Below are positions 12,540 through 23,466 of a DNA stretch of 45,044 bases, in pieces. Numbering within the stretch: position 1 is the stretch's first letter; every line of letters begins with the position of its first letter. The notes beneath the pieces are model-generated. The model saw only the letters and a program-made list of their open reading frames with translations. It ran no database searches and was not told where the DNA came from. Where the stretch lies: the NCBI RefSeq assembly GCF_001194135.2, contig NC_068982.1, positions 87,456,058 to 87,501,101 on the forward strand, in the 5' to 3' direction. The translations under genes were made by a program, and so were the position numbers. Source of the stretch: Octopus bimaculoides (Eukaryota).

Positions 12540-14200
12540 AAACTCTTGAAGAAGCCTTGTCTATATGTCCGCCATCCAACGAATGAAGCCAGATAAAATA
12601 TACATACAAAAAAAAAAAATCATATTAGCAAGAAAATTTATAACCTCTACGAGAAAGCAAGAATATTTATTAAATCTGATGTTTTTAATGAGTTTAAAGG
12701 ATAATTATTTTAATAAATCTCATAGAACGGTGCTAAGTTTTGGTGGAAGGATCTCACCGCATCTAATACCCAGTTTTTTCTCAGTCTACTCACAACAATC
12801 AATAACTAAATTCTTAAAAAAAGAAAAAAAACATTTTTACAAAAGATAGAAATCCTCTCATATTAACAGATATAATACAAAACAGTATCTAAACATTTAT
12901 CAATTGTATGTTGTCTTTCCGAGTTCAAATTCCGCCGACGTCGATTTAGTTTTTCACCTTGTCGGGATCTATAAAATAAGTATCAGTCAAGTACGCCAAA
13001 TTTTAGGCCTTGTGTCTATGCAAAAGAGAGGGTTATGTGTTGTCTTTTCCAGCATTTCACTATTTTGATCTAAAATTACATTACGCTCTATTTCTTTGAT
13101 TACTTCAAGAGATCGATAAATTAAGATATAACTAATATACTCATCACATTACGACACCTCTTTGACAAAACGAAGATAAATAACGATCGGTATGTAAAAC
13201 AATCCACACAGATAGATAGAAGTTGTCAAATGGAATATTATCTATAACAAATTCTTCGGTTAATAAAACAAAAACAAATCAAAACACTATCACATAGCTG
13301 GTAAAAAAAAAAAGTGTTTCTTGTATGCCTTGGCAAGAATAACTTCTTACGGTTCTCCTATAGAACTTTAGATCGCCATGTAAATAAAGCAACATCACGT
13401 ATATTCACAACACACAGAAAATTACAAGGCAACAGCTACATAATTTAATGTTTTAAACTAGTATTGCACAAAAAAAATATTTCTTCATATTGTATTTAAC
13501 AGGAAAATGTATAGATTAGGATACATATAGACATAAAAAAACAGCTAGTTGGGACTGAATCAAGATGTTACAAGTTCAAATCCCACCTGTCGCTCATTTT
13601 TTGTTTACATCATATCCAGTTCACGTTAGTAGGCACACACTTCAGCAATATAAATTCATATAAGAGAGTGTATGTAACGCGAACTGGATATGTAAACAAA
13701 AAATGAAAAACGACTTGTATTACATACGGTTTTTCAATGCAATATTGCTGCTCCATCCCTTCATCGTATTTCACGAATTTTATGAGATTTTACGAATTTC
13801 ATAAGATAACCTAACTATAAAAATTTGAATAGTGTTTAAATAATGAAAAAAAAGTCTTGTATTTTTCGATCTCTATATTTTTACTCAATATAACATGACA
13901 GAAATCTATCAACAAACATTTTATCATTATGAGAAAATGATTTTACCACAAGTTATGAATGCACCAGCAGGATTTATCACATTTGAAAAAGCGAAAGCAG
14001 TCATCGATAATTGGCGAAAATTCCTTAAATAGCGATTCAGACTCTAGCGACTGAAGAGTATAACGGTGTTGAGAGCTGAAGTGTAAAGTTCCTTGTTGGT
14101 TGGTGTTGCAAATTATTTATCTATTTCACTAATAGTTAAAAGGTTTCTTTTTTATAGACGCAAAGGGGGAAAGGAAATTGTGAGATTAATATTACTGTTT
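12540..14200. promoter_or_regulatory. Candidate promoter / 5' non-coding exon region for FKRP
   Basis: Visibly more CpG dinucleotides than the flanks (not quantified), upstream of the FKRP acceptor. Minus-strand donor-like sites occur at about 13350 (cc|gtaaga) and 13730 (cc|gtatgt). Confidence 0.3.
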
Positions 14201-15387
14201 AGCCTTGATCAAGCAGAACTACTTATGACCAAAAAGTATTAAGCTGTAAAGATTTCGAGTTTTGTAACAATATCCAATATCAAATAGGTTCTTATCTTCT
14301 GTAAAACGGTTGAGTGTGGTAAAAAAGAAATTTGGCTACTGTTTCCAGCAAGTAGTGCCTCCATATAGATGCTTTTCTTTTTTTTTTTTTAATTTCTTTT
14401 TGGTTTTGAAGTGAAATAGAGGTGTGAAATAATTTTAACCAGGAATCGAAATTGCCGTTAGAACTTTGTGAGAGTTTATCTCTTCGAGTTTTCATTGAGA
14501 AAGATATTAGCTATTGCAATATTGACATCAACGACAGAATGGTAGACTGTCTCTTTACATTGTATGTTCAAATACTGCTGGAATCGACATGAAATACAAT
14601 TGAAGGTAGAATCGGTAGTAGTGTTTAGCTATGACTATCTTTCGTATCATTCACCAATACTTTGAGTACAAATCATGTCGAGGTTGGCCTTAGCTATTAA
14701 TCCTTACAATTAACAATTTTCTTAACTATGACCTACAGTTTTGTGGCATTAGGCCAATATGCGAAATCAGTTGTGATGGTTCTTTGTCACTAAGAGAGAG
14801 ATATATGCCAGTAAATATAATAGTTTCAAATTTTGCCAGCAGTTTGGGGAAATGAGGTTTGTCAATGACTTCGATTTAAGTGCTCATCAAGTACTTATTT
14901 TATCGACTCCAGAAGAATAACAGGTAAAGTTGACCTCAGTGGAATCTGAACTCTGAAGTGTCGGAATAAATACAAAGCATTACCGAATCAGCCGTCTGTC
15001 GGTGTAATGACTATTTTTTTTAGTGTACAATGCTTTACGAAAAAATGAGAAGCATAGTCAATATGTTTTGCTTCAGTGTTGTACTTGCACTTAATCCACC
15101 CACAACCTAAATACAACCCGTAACGAAATAAGAATATGAAAAATTGCCTTTTTGATCTATATCATCCTCGACTGTACCCTCCCAGCTAACAGAAATACTC
15201 TTTCATAAAAAGGAAATTTACTATAGTGAGCTACAAGTTGTGAAGTACGTAAAATTTAGCAATGAACTGAAATTTCCAGTTTAGTTGGAGAACAAAAAAA
15301 GTCTAGCAACTCTAAAAAAAAAAAATTTTAATGGAGAAATATTTTCTAAAACTAAAAATTAATTTACAAATATTTGCCGTTCAGAGA

Positions 15388-15439
15388 GACGGCAACAGGC
15401 ATGTTTTGGTCTTTTTAGATCTCATCAGTCTACTACATC
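15388..15439 (-). ncRNA. Degenerate minimal hammerhead ribozyme motif, copy 1
   Basis: Minus: GATGTAGTAGA CTGATGA GATC TAAAAA GACC AAAA CATG CC TGTTGCCGTC. The GAAA and UH sites are mutated. Confidence 0.55.
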
Positions 15440-15632
15440 TGCTTTGAACATTTGATAAAAAAATTCTATAAATAGAGTAAGATATTCAGCTAAAAATAAT
15501 TTGCGTAAATAAATTAAGAAAGAGAGATAACTCAAGTCGGCTAATAAGTATATAATGACGTCAGCAACAAAAATCACAAGGAATTGAAATTCTAATTAAC
15601 AAAAGTAATTGACAAACCTTAGCAGTCAAAAA

Positions 15633-15685
15633 GACAACTACGGACATGTTTAGGCTTTATTAGACATCATCAGCATAGTATAGTC
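15633..15685 (-). ncRNA. Degenerate minimal hammerhead ribozyme motif, copy 2
   Basis: Minus: GACTATACTATG CTGATGA TGTC TAATAA AGCC TAAA CATG TC CGTAGTTGTC. Stem I ACTATG/CGTAGT pairs, the UC site is retained, and GAAA has become TAAA. Confidence 0.65.
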
Positions 15686-16025
15686 GACTTCTTCGAGCAG
15701 TTGCTATAAAATTTTACATATAGACTTGCGAAAATTTTTAGACACTAATAATTTGAGTAAATTTTAGAAAGCTAAAAAAAATAAAAGAAACTAGGATAAG
15801 GGAAATAACTTTAGTCAGTCAGTGGCATGAATTTAGATAAGTTATAATATATTGAATGATGTCAGCGAATAATTCCCAATGAATTGAAATATTCATTTTA
15901 CAAAAACCTAGTGATAATTGTTAGCTGCTGCCAAAGATTAAGGGGAGATGATTTCAAGAAATCAAGATAATTTCCAAAAATTAATTTACGTAGAGGAAAA
16001 ATCTAATTTTTGCAGGTAAGAGGGT

Positions 16026-16070
16026 AAACTACGGGCGTATTCCGATATTATTAAACCTCGTCAGCATAAG
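16026..16070 (-). ncRNA. Degenerate minimal hammerhead ribozyme motif, copy 3
   Basis: Minus: CTTATG CTGACGA GGTT TAATAA TATC GGAA TACG CC CGTAGTTT; colinear with copy 2. Confidence 0.6.
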
Positions 16071-16859
16071 ATCGGCTACTTATGTCTCAGGATCAATTGG
16101 TAGATCTGTTCAACATGGAAAAAAAGAGCCTTCTTAATTGAGCCAACTTTTAGCTACACTTGAGCTATCACACATCTATATAAACTGCTTATTGTCTCAA
16201 CCTCACAATTATCCAAGAGTAACACTGATTATTTTGGGTTACCTCAAAAATATTTTTAGAGGACAACACCAGTAGTCTCTGATGCGATTTGTATTTGAGG
16301 GCACGAGCATCTATCTATCTATCTATCTATTTTTATTCATTTTACTGATATTGCCTCCTCCACCTCTCCACAATGAAAGCCTGAAGTATTGATTGAGCAA
16401 AGACAACGCCAGAGAATTGACTGAGCATTTCTCTAAAGGTTTTCTCTATGTTATTGGGTCAAGAAGTGTCCTGCATAGAAGATAACTTGTCAGACACAAG
16501 GAGAGTGGGGGTGGGAAGAGAGTTCTTTTTGTGTCAAAGCGAACAATATTGTCCATATTTCCTATTTACAGCAAAAAAAAAAAAAAAAATTGAATGTCGG
16601 TGGCTGCATAAGAGCATCTGTATGCATAGAAAAATATTTAAAACGCTTACATTCTTGGATAGGGACTAGTGACCTGTAACCAGTATAAATCAGTTCAACT
16701 AAGTTTGAGAATCCACCGCATTTCCAAAAATTAATTTACGTAGAGGAAAAATCTATGGTCAGAACACTGACCATAGCTCATACAATCACAGAATGTAAAT
16801 ATTCTCAGACACACATTTGTGCATAAACACACACATGCATATTCTTCTATTTGTTTCAA

Positions 16860-17222
16860 TCATTTGACTGCGGCCATGCTGAAGCACTGCCTTTAGTTGT
16901 TTAACTCGACCCCAGGACTTATTCTTTGTAAGCTTAGTACTTATTCTATCAGTCTCTTTTGCCGAACTGCTAAGTTACGGGTATGTAAACGCACCAGCAT
17001 CAGTTGTCAAGCGATGTTGGCGGGGACAAATAAAGATACACACACCCACATATATGATGGGCTTCTTCCAGTTTCCATCTACCAAATCCACTCACAAGGC
17101 TTTATTCGGTCCCAGGCTTTTGTTCGAAGACACTTACCAAAGGTGCCATACAGTGGGACTGAATCCGGAACCAATTGGTTGGTAAGCAAGCTACTTACCA
17201 TACAGCCACTCCTACGCCTATA
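16860..17222 (-). mobile_element. Well-preserved tRNA-derived SINE (octopus-type)
   Basis: catttgactgcggccatgctg...ttattctttgtaagcttagtacttattctatc...ccaaatccactcacaaggcttt...cagtgggactgaatccggaacc...acagccactcctacgccta. Confidence 0.85.
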
Positions 17223-18081
17223 NNNNNNNNNNNNNNNNNNNNNNNNNNNNNNNNNNNNNNNNNNNNNNNNNNNNNNNNNNNNNNNNNNNNNNNNNNNNNN
17301 NNNNNNNNNNNNNNNNNNNNNNNNNNNNNNNNNNNNNNNNNNNNNNNNNNNNNNNNNNNNNNNNNNNNNNNNNNNNNNNNNNNNNNNNNNNNNNNNNNNN
17401 NNNNNNNNNNNNNNNNNNNNNNNNNNNNNNNNNNNNNNNNNNNNNNNNNNNNNNNNNNNNNNNNNNNNNNNNNNNNNNNNNNNNNNNNNNNNNNNNNNNN
17501 NNNNNNNNNNNNNNNNNNNNNNNNNNNNNNNNNNNNNNNNNNNNNNNNNNNNNNNNNNNNNNNNNNNNNNNNNNNNNNNNNNNNNNNNNNNNNNNNNNNN
17601 NNNNNNNNNNNNNNNNNNNNNNNNNNNNNNNNNNNNNNNNNNNNNNNNNNNNNNNNNNNNNNNNNNNNNNNNNNNNNNNNNNNNNNNNNNNNNNNNNNNN
17701 NNNNNNNNNNNNNNNNNNNNNNNNNNNNNNNNNNNNNNNNNNNNNNNNNNNNNNNNNNNNNNNNNNNNNNNNNNNNNNNNNNNNNNNNNNNNNNNNNNNN
17801 NNNNNNNNNNNNNNNNNNNNNNNNNNNNNNNNNNNNNNNNNNNNNNNNNNNNNNNNNNNNNNNNNNNNNNNNNNNNNNNNNNNNNNNNNNNNNNNNNNNN
17901 NNNNNNNNNNNNNNNNNNNNNNNNNNNNNNNNNNNNNNNNNNNNNNNNNNNNNNNNNNNNNNNNNNNNNNNNNNNNNNNNNNNNNNNNNNNNNNNNNNNN
18001 NNNNNNNNNNNNNNNNNNNNNNNNNNNNNNNNNNNNNNNNNNNNNNNNNNNNNNNNNNNNNNNNNNNNNNNNNNNNNNNNN
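17223..18081. other. Assembly gap (N-run)
   Basis: Run of n. Confidence 0.99.
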
Positions 18082-18092
18082 TATATATATAT

Positions 18093-18225
18093 ATATACTT
18101 TATTTAAAAGCAGCAGAAATATAACAAAAAAACGTTACTCTGAGTTGCACGTTCCCGAACGGGAACGTGAAACTCAGAGTAACAGTTTTTTTGTTATATT
18201 TCTGCTGCTTTTAAATAAAGCATAT
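18093..18225. repeat. About 133-bp near-perfect palindrome
   Basis: Arms of about 65 bp around a 2-nt centre (aa, 18158-18159): ...aaaagcagcagaaatataacaaaaaaacgttactctgagttgcacgttcccg|aa|cgggaacgtgaaactcagagtaacagtttttttgttatatttctgctgctttt... Confidence 0.95.
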
Positions 18226-18419
18226 TACTCTACCTCTGGTATTTGAGTACTCTTTTTTCCACCTTGTTGCACATTTCATGTGCTTACTCCGGTGTATATA
18301 TATATATATTCCCAACTCTTGCAGCAATCCTTTTCAAGGACAACCGTTGGCAGGAAATGAAAAGCACAATTGAGAATACTTATACTTTGGAAATTGTAAT
18401 TCATAATATATATATATTA

Positions 18420-18830
18420 GGAATTACAGCTAGGACCTCATCACAGTAGGGGGCTGCTGTGTCTAAAATTTCTTGGCTAAAGGACAGATTCGAGATCCTC
18501 TTGCTGATATCTTCCCCAGCTTTCAGAACACGATGGATGGGTGGGTGGCAGGAGGTTGTGTTGATTTATGCTAGTCTCTCATTTGGCTTCCGTATGGCCT
18601 GTATATACCAAAGTCCAAGATGAGCGGGACGTCTAAGAAGTCCGCGGTGTTGAGGTTGGTCTCAATTGTAATTTTCGATCCTATGGAGTTGAGAGTGTTA
18701 ATCAGATCTTTTCTAAGCCTATCTAGGGTGTGCCCGTTAGCTCCTCTAGAGATAGCCAAGGCGTCATCTCTGTAGAGACCAAAGAGGATAGAGAGGAATT
18801 TCTTCTTTAGGGTATCCATGATATGCAACC
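18420..18830 (-). mobile_element. Penelope-like element, RT/thumb segment (inverted relative to its endonuclease)
   Basis: FGLYRDDALAISRGANGHTLDRLRKDLI...KITIETNLNTADFLDV...GIYRPY, then INTTSCHPP...ISKRISNLSFSQEILDTAAPY; Penelope RT motifs, with stops. Confidence 0.85.
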
Positions 18831-18859
18831 CAATGCCAGCATTAACGACGCCAACCACT

Positions 18860-19440
18860 GCGGAAGTAGAAGCGTCAACATGAACATCAATAGAAGCAGC
18901 AACGCCAACAGCAGCATTCAAAAATACATCGGATGTTCTGGAAAGACCTTCAAGCATCACCTCTCCAACCACAAATTCTCATTTAGGATCTTGGAGAGAC
19001 GTTATGCCACATCTTGACGCCTGAAGGACAAAAGGACTCCACATGTAATCACACGGAAGATCCTAGAGAAACTGGATCCCTACATCAACGGGAGCAAGTG
19101 TTGTAAGTTGTACATAGTGGAACGGGTGAGGATATTAATGAACTTCCTTGACCTGGGGAACATCTTAAATTCCAGGACGTAAGTTTTCAGACTCTAATTA
19201 CACTTCAGGCGATTCCTGCTAAAATCCTAGGACCTGCAGGCTGACTGGGTGGATTCCAGATAGTTGTTTAAGAGAGACCTTTTCTCTTGTGCTTGACCTT
19301 TCTCTTTTGTCTATGTGTTCAATAACTAGTCATGGGGCCTTTTCTACCTTCGTTTTAGAGAGAAGTCTTTAGGATCTGACGAGACGTTATAAAACTAAGC
19401 CCTTTATGGACACGAAACCCTAGATAACCATATAAACATG
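18860..19440 (+). mobile_element. Penelope-like element, GIY-YIG endonuclease C-terminus plus 3' pLTR-like tail
   Basis: KYIGCSGKTFKHHLSNHKFSFR...KILEKLDPYINGSKCCKLYIVERVRI...ILNSRT...HFRRFLLK; followed by non-coding sequence with CTGACGA...GAAAC and (ATCT)n at 19443-19485. Confidence 0.85.
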
Positions 19441-20359
19441 CTGTATCTATCTATCTATCTATCTATCTACCACTCTATCTATCTACATGTTCCCCCGCTT
19501 CTCATTCAAACACTGCAAGGCTTACAGAAGGGCTGGTGAATTGAAATCTCTATGTTGCTTTGAGGGAAAGGTAAAACTTGACAAACTGCTTCTCACTCTG
19601 TTGTTGGACTCGCGTGATGTTTGTTCAAAAAAGAGAGATTATGATAAAATTATGTGATAAAATAATGAAAGCAATACTTACTAAGCAAGTGAGCACTATT
19701 ATACAAAGCTATAATTAAACATAATATATAAAAATTATTAGAACTGGGAATCAAATGTGAAAATATTATCAAGGGTCTAGCAGAAATTTTCACCTAAATT
19801 CACAAAAAAAAAAAAAAAGAAAATAAGTTAAGATGTCCATTAAAAATTTAGAATATTTTGTGTATTGTAGAAGTATAACAAATTTAATGCAGATAAATTT
19901 TAACAAAATCTTATATGGATCCTGCTTGAGAATATACAGTCTGTTATTCCCCTCCCCCGCCTTTTTTCTTTTTCTATTTCCTTGGTGAGGTAGTTCTGTT
20001 CTTTTTTCTCTATAATTTAATCTTTTGTGCGTTTAATGTTTTCTTTTTCTGTTTTAAGAAGAAAAAAAGAAGTTAGCTTGACAAAATTTTCAATGTTATC
20101 TAAGTTAATATTATCAAGGGAAGTAACTACCATCAGTTCTTCGAAGAGGGCGCTTTTTCTCCATGCGTGTTTTCTACGAAGCACATGCCTTGATTTCGGG
20201 TGTAAAAGACGTTTAAGGAAGTCCTTTATTTTGAGGAGGAAATTTTAAAATTTAGCACTATATTTTCTATTTATCCTTACTTCACAATTCCATTGAAGAA
20301 CTACCTGAAGTTAAGCATCTTTTACAGGCAGTCTTTCTAGCAACTTGTCTTTCAGAAAT

Positions 20360-20447
20360 ATGGCTCAGAAGCTTTTCAATACTATTGGGAAAATAGGACT
20401 TGGTCTTGTTGCTGTTGGTGGTATTGTCCAAACTGCTCTTTTTAATG
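20360..20447 (+). CDS. PHB1: Prohibitin-1, coding exon 1 (88 nt)
   Basis: MAQKLFNTIGKIGLGLVAVGGIVQTALFN; donor gtaaga at 20448. The acceptor ctttcag just before the ATG implies an upstream non-coding exon. Confidence 0.95.
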
Positions 20448-20452
20448 GTAAG

Positions 20453-20491
<39 letters not shown>

Positions 20492-22237
20492 ATGTTTAAA
20501 TACGTGTGTTGTGCCTTTTCTCGTGTTTTTCTCTTATTAGTTGATCTTCTGTTTCTTCCCCGGTGAATGAAGGTCATTTTCTTACGATATTGATCTACAC
20601 CCTTTTTTCACTTATATTTATTTTATATAATTTTATTCTGTATGATATTTTTGTTTCTGTATTTCATTGTGATATGTGCTAATCGGTGAACATCGATGGA
20701 TGTAGCCTTCAACTTAAACCTTGACAATTTTTTCCCCCCACCAAATACCTATCCGAGCTGATGTCAAAAAAGCATAACTAAATTACAAGTATATAGTCCA
20801 TTTTATGTATTATAGTGCATTGTTGTACCATCCAAAACTTTTTATTCTTGAGTAAATAAAGTTATCACAATTAGGACAGTAAAATAATTGTATTGGACAC
20901 TTTCACTTGATAGTTCGGCATCTCATTCCAAAGTAATTAACGCCTACTTACACCCCACCTCCAGGGCTGATGAAATAAATACCTGTAATATATTTGGATC
21001 CATTGTAGCCCTACCTTACCAGTTTGTTCTGGTGCTTAGTCTAAAAGATATTTTACTGTCTTATAATTTGGAAAGCTAGAGGTGGTGTTTTTCCTAAAAT
21101 TTCTTTCTCTTTATTTCGAGGTTACAAGAAAGGTTTAGAATATATTTATAAGAGGTGATGGTGGTGGAGAATAGCATTATTATTTTTTTATACGCGGATA
21201 TGACTCTAGAAGATTTTTGGCTAAGGAAATGAGAGGTTGTGATGGGCATGTTAGTTCCAAGGACACTAGTGATACAAGGGCATTCGCAAAACCGAAACTG
21301 GGTCGTAGACTATTTTGTTAAGAACTTTCTTCTGTTCTAACACTTGCATTCTTTTCAGATATCTTGGTTTTTGATTATCACCTTTAATCCTTGTATTGTT
21401 ATATGACTCCTATATAACACCAGACTTTACGTGTCGAGTAATATTTAGTTCCATCGTTCTAAATTAAAAACCCGATGATGATATATCCTCGTACCCTTTC
21501 TGGGTGGAGAAAATAAGAATCATTAGCACCATACGAACATTCAGTTGACTAGTTTGCTTGTATCCCAAGACCTATATCGTAGTCTGTTCATATTTTACTA
21601 ATTCTCAGGTTAGATCCTAACCCGTTTTCCACGTTAATATTAAGAATGAATTAAAAAATTTATTTATGTAACAGTGTCAATTGAAATAAATGCATTCCAA
21701 GGGCAGTTTTATGAATATTTTGTAAACAATGTTGTTTACAGACGTTTTGTTACTGTCTTCGTATTCCTTGTAGAGTAGATTAGTGGGTTCTAGCTCTGCC
21801 CCTTCAAGATCGATAAAATTAGTTCTATTGTGTCTTAATAAGTTTCAAACTAACTTTTAACCTACCACCCACCACCACCACTGCTTTGCGGTGGTGGTGG
21901 TGGTGGTGGGTGGGGGATTAAAAGCAATTGGCTGAAAATTATAATTGATTGATAGTAGTCCTTGTTTTACCAATTAAGCAGCAGAGTGTACCACACTGGC
22001 ATCCCAGAGAAGACAGTGTACTCTACTCCCAGAACAGTTATTTTTCCATCAGTATGAGACAAAATGAGTGGCTCAAGCTCCAGAAGAAACAGTGTATTGA
22101 TGGAGGCAAATGCTAACTTCTTCATCCTGTTGATCTTTGAGTATTCAGGAACCCTGCTGGTATTTAAATGGCAGTATAGGAAAGTTGGTTATACATCATT
22201 AGATGTATACCTGACTTTCCTATATAAAATTAAGAAA

Positions 22238-22533
22238 CATAATGGAACGCTGAACTCCAGACTATCAACCTATACAACATTTATTCAGGTGGTAAATATA
22301 TACATCTTTAGCTCTTGTTGTTACAGCTTCTGTGTGTGTGAGCATAGTTGTTGGGACGTTGTTATGTAGATGTAAGCGAGCTGTCGAGCGTAAGTTCGAA
22401 AGATGAAGAGAGACAGCTAGACACGTAAAGAGACTGTCTCCAGAGTTGGAATGTTGGAGACACTGCTTGACACGTCCATGCTCATGGCCGGCCGACCGAG
22501 AAAGAGATAGAATTAAGCGGGAAAGCTTGCTTG
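22238..22533. mobile_element. Direct repeat copy A (possible LTR), cut by a gap
   Basis: Aligns to 24523-24852 with a few substitutions and indels of about 7 and 25 nt. Confidence 0.5.
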
Positions 22534-23466
22534 NNNNNNNNNNNNNNNNNNNNNNNNNNNNNNNNNNNNNNNNNNNNNNNNNNNNNNNNNNNNNNNNNNN
22601 NNNNNNNNNNNNNNNNNNNNNNNNNNNNNNNNNNNNNNNNNNNNNNNNNNNNNNNNNNNNNNNNNNNNNNNNNNNNNNNNNNNNNNNNNNNNNNNNNNNN
22701 NNNNNNNNNNNNNNNNNNNNNNNNNNNNNNNNNNNNNNNNNNNNNNNNNNNNNNNNNNNNNNNNNNNNNNNNNNNNNNNNNNNNNNNNNNNNNNNNNNNN
22801 NNNNNNNNNNNNNNNNNNNNNNNNNNNNNNNNNNNNNNNNNNNNNNNNNNNNNNNNNNNNNNNNNNNNNNNNNNNNNNNNNNNNNNNNNNNNNNNNNNNN
22901 NNNNNNNNNNNNNNNNNNNNNNNNNNNNNNNNNNNNNNNNNNNNNNNNNNNNNNNNNNNNNNNNNNNNNNNNNNNNNNNNNNNNNNNNNNNNNNNNNNNN
23001 NNNNNNNNNNNNNNNNNNNNNNNNNNNNNNNNNNNNNNNNNNNNNNNNNNNNNNNNNNNNNNNNNNNNNNNNNNNNNNNNNNNNNNNNNNNNNNNNNNNN
23101 NNNNNNNNNNNNNNNNNNNNNNNNNNNNNNNNNNNNNNNNNNNNNNNNNNNNNNNNNNNNNNNNNNNNNNNNNNNNNNNNNNNNNNNNNNNNNNNNNNNN
23201 NNNNNNNNNNNNNNNNNNNNNNNNNNNNNNNNNNNNNNNNNNNNNNNNNNNNNNNNNNNNNNNNNNNNNNNNNNNNNNNNNNNNNNNNNNNNNNNNNNNN
23301 NNNNNNNNNNNNNNNNNNNNNNNNNNNNNNNNNNNNNNNNNNNNNNNNNNNNNNNNNNNNNNNNNNNNNNNNNNNNNNNNNNNNNNNNNNNNNNNNNNNN
23401 NNNNNNNNNNNNNNNNNNNNNNNNNNNNNNNNNNNNNNNNNNNNNNNNNNNNNNNNNNNNNNNNNN
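22534..23466. other. Assembly gap (N-run)
   Basis: Run of n. Confidence 0.99.

Noticed and set aside
15556-15563. Perfect CRE palindrome TGACGTCA
   Set aside because: A single 8-mer within a decayed repeat unit; expected by chance.
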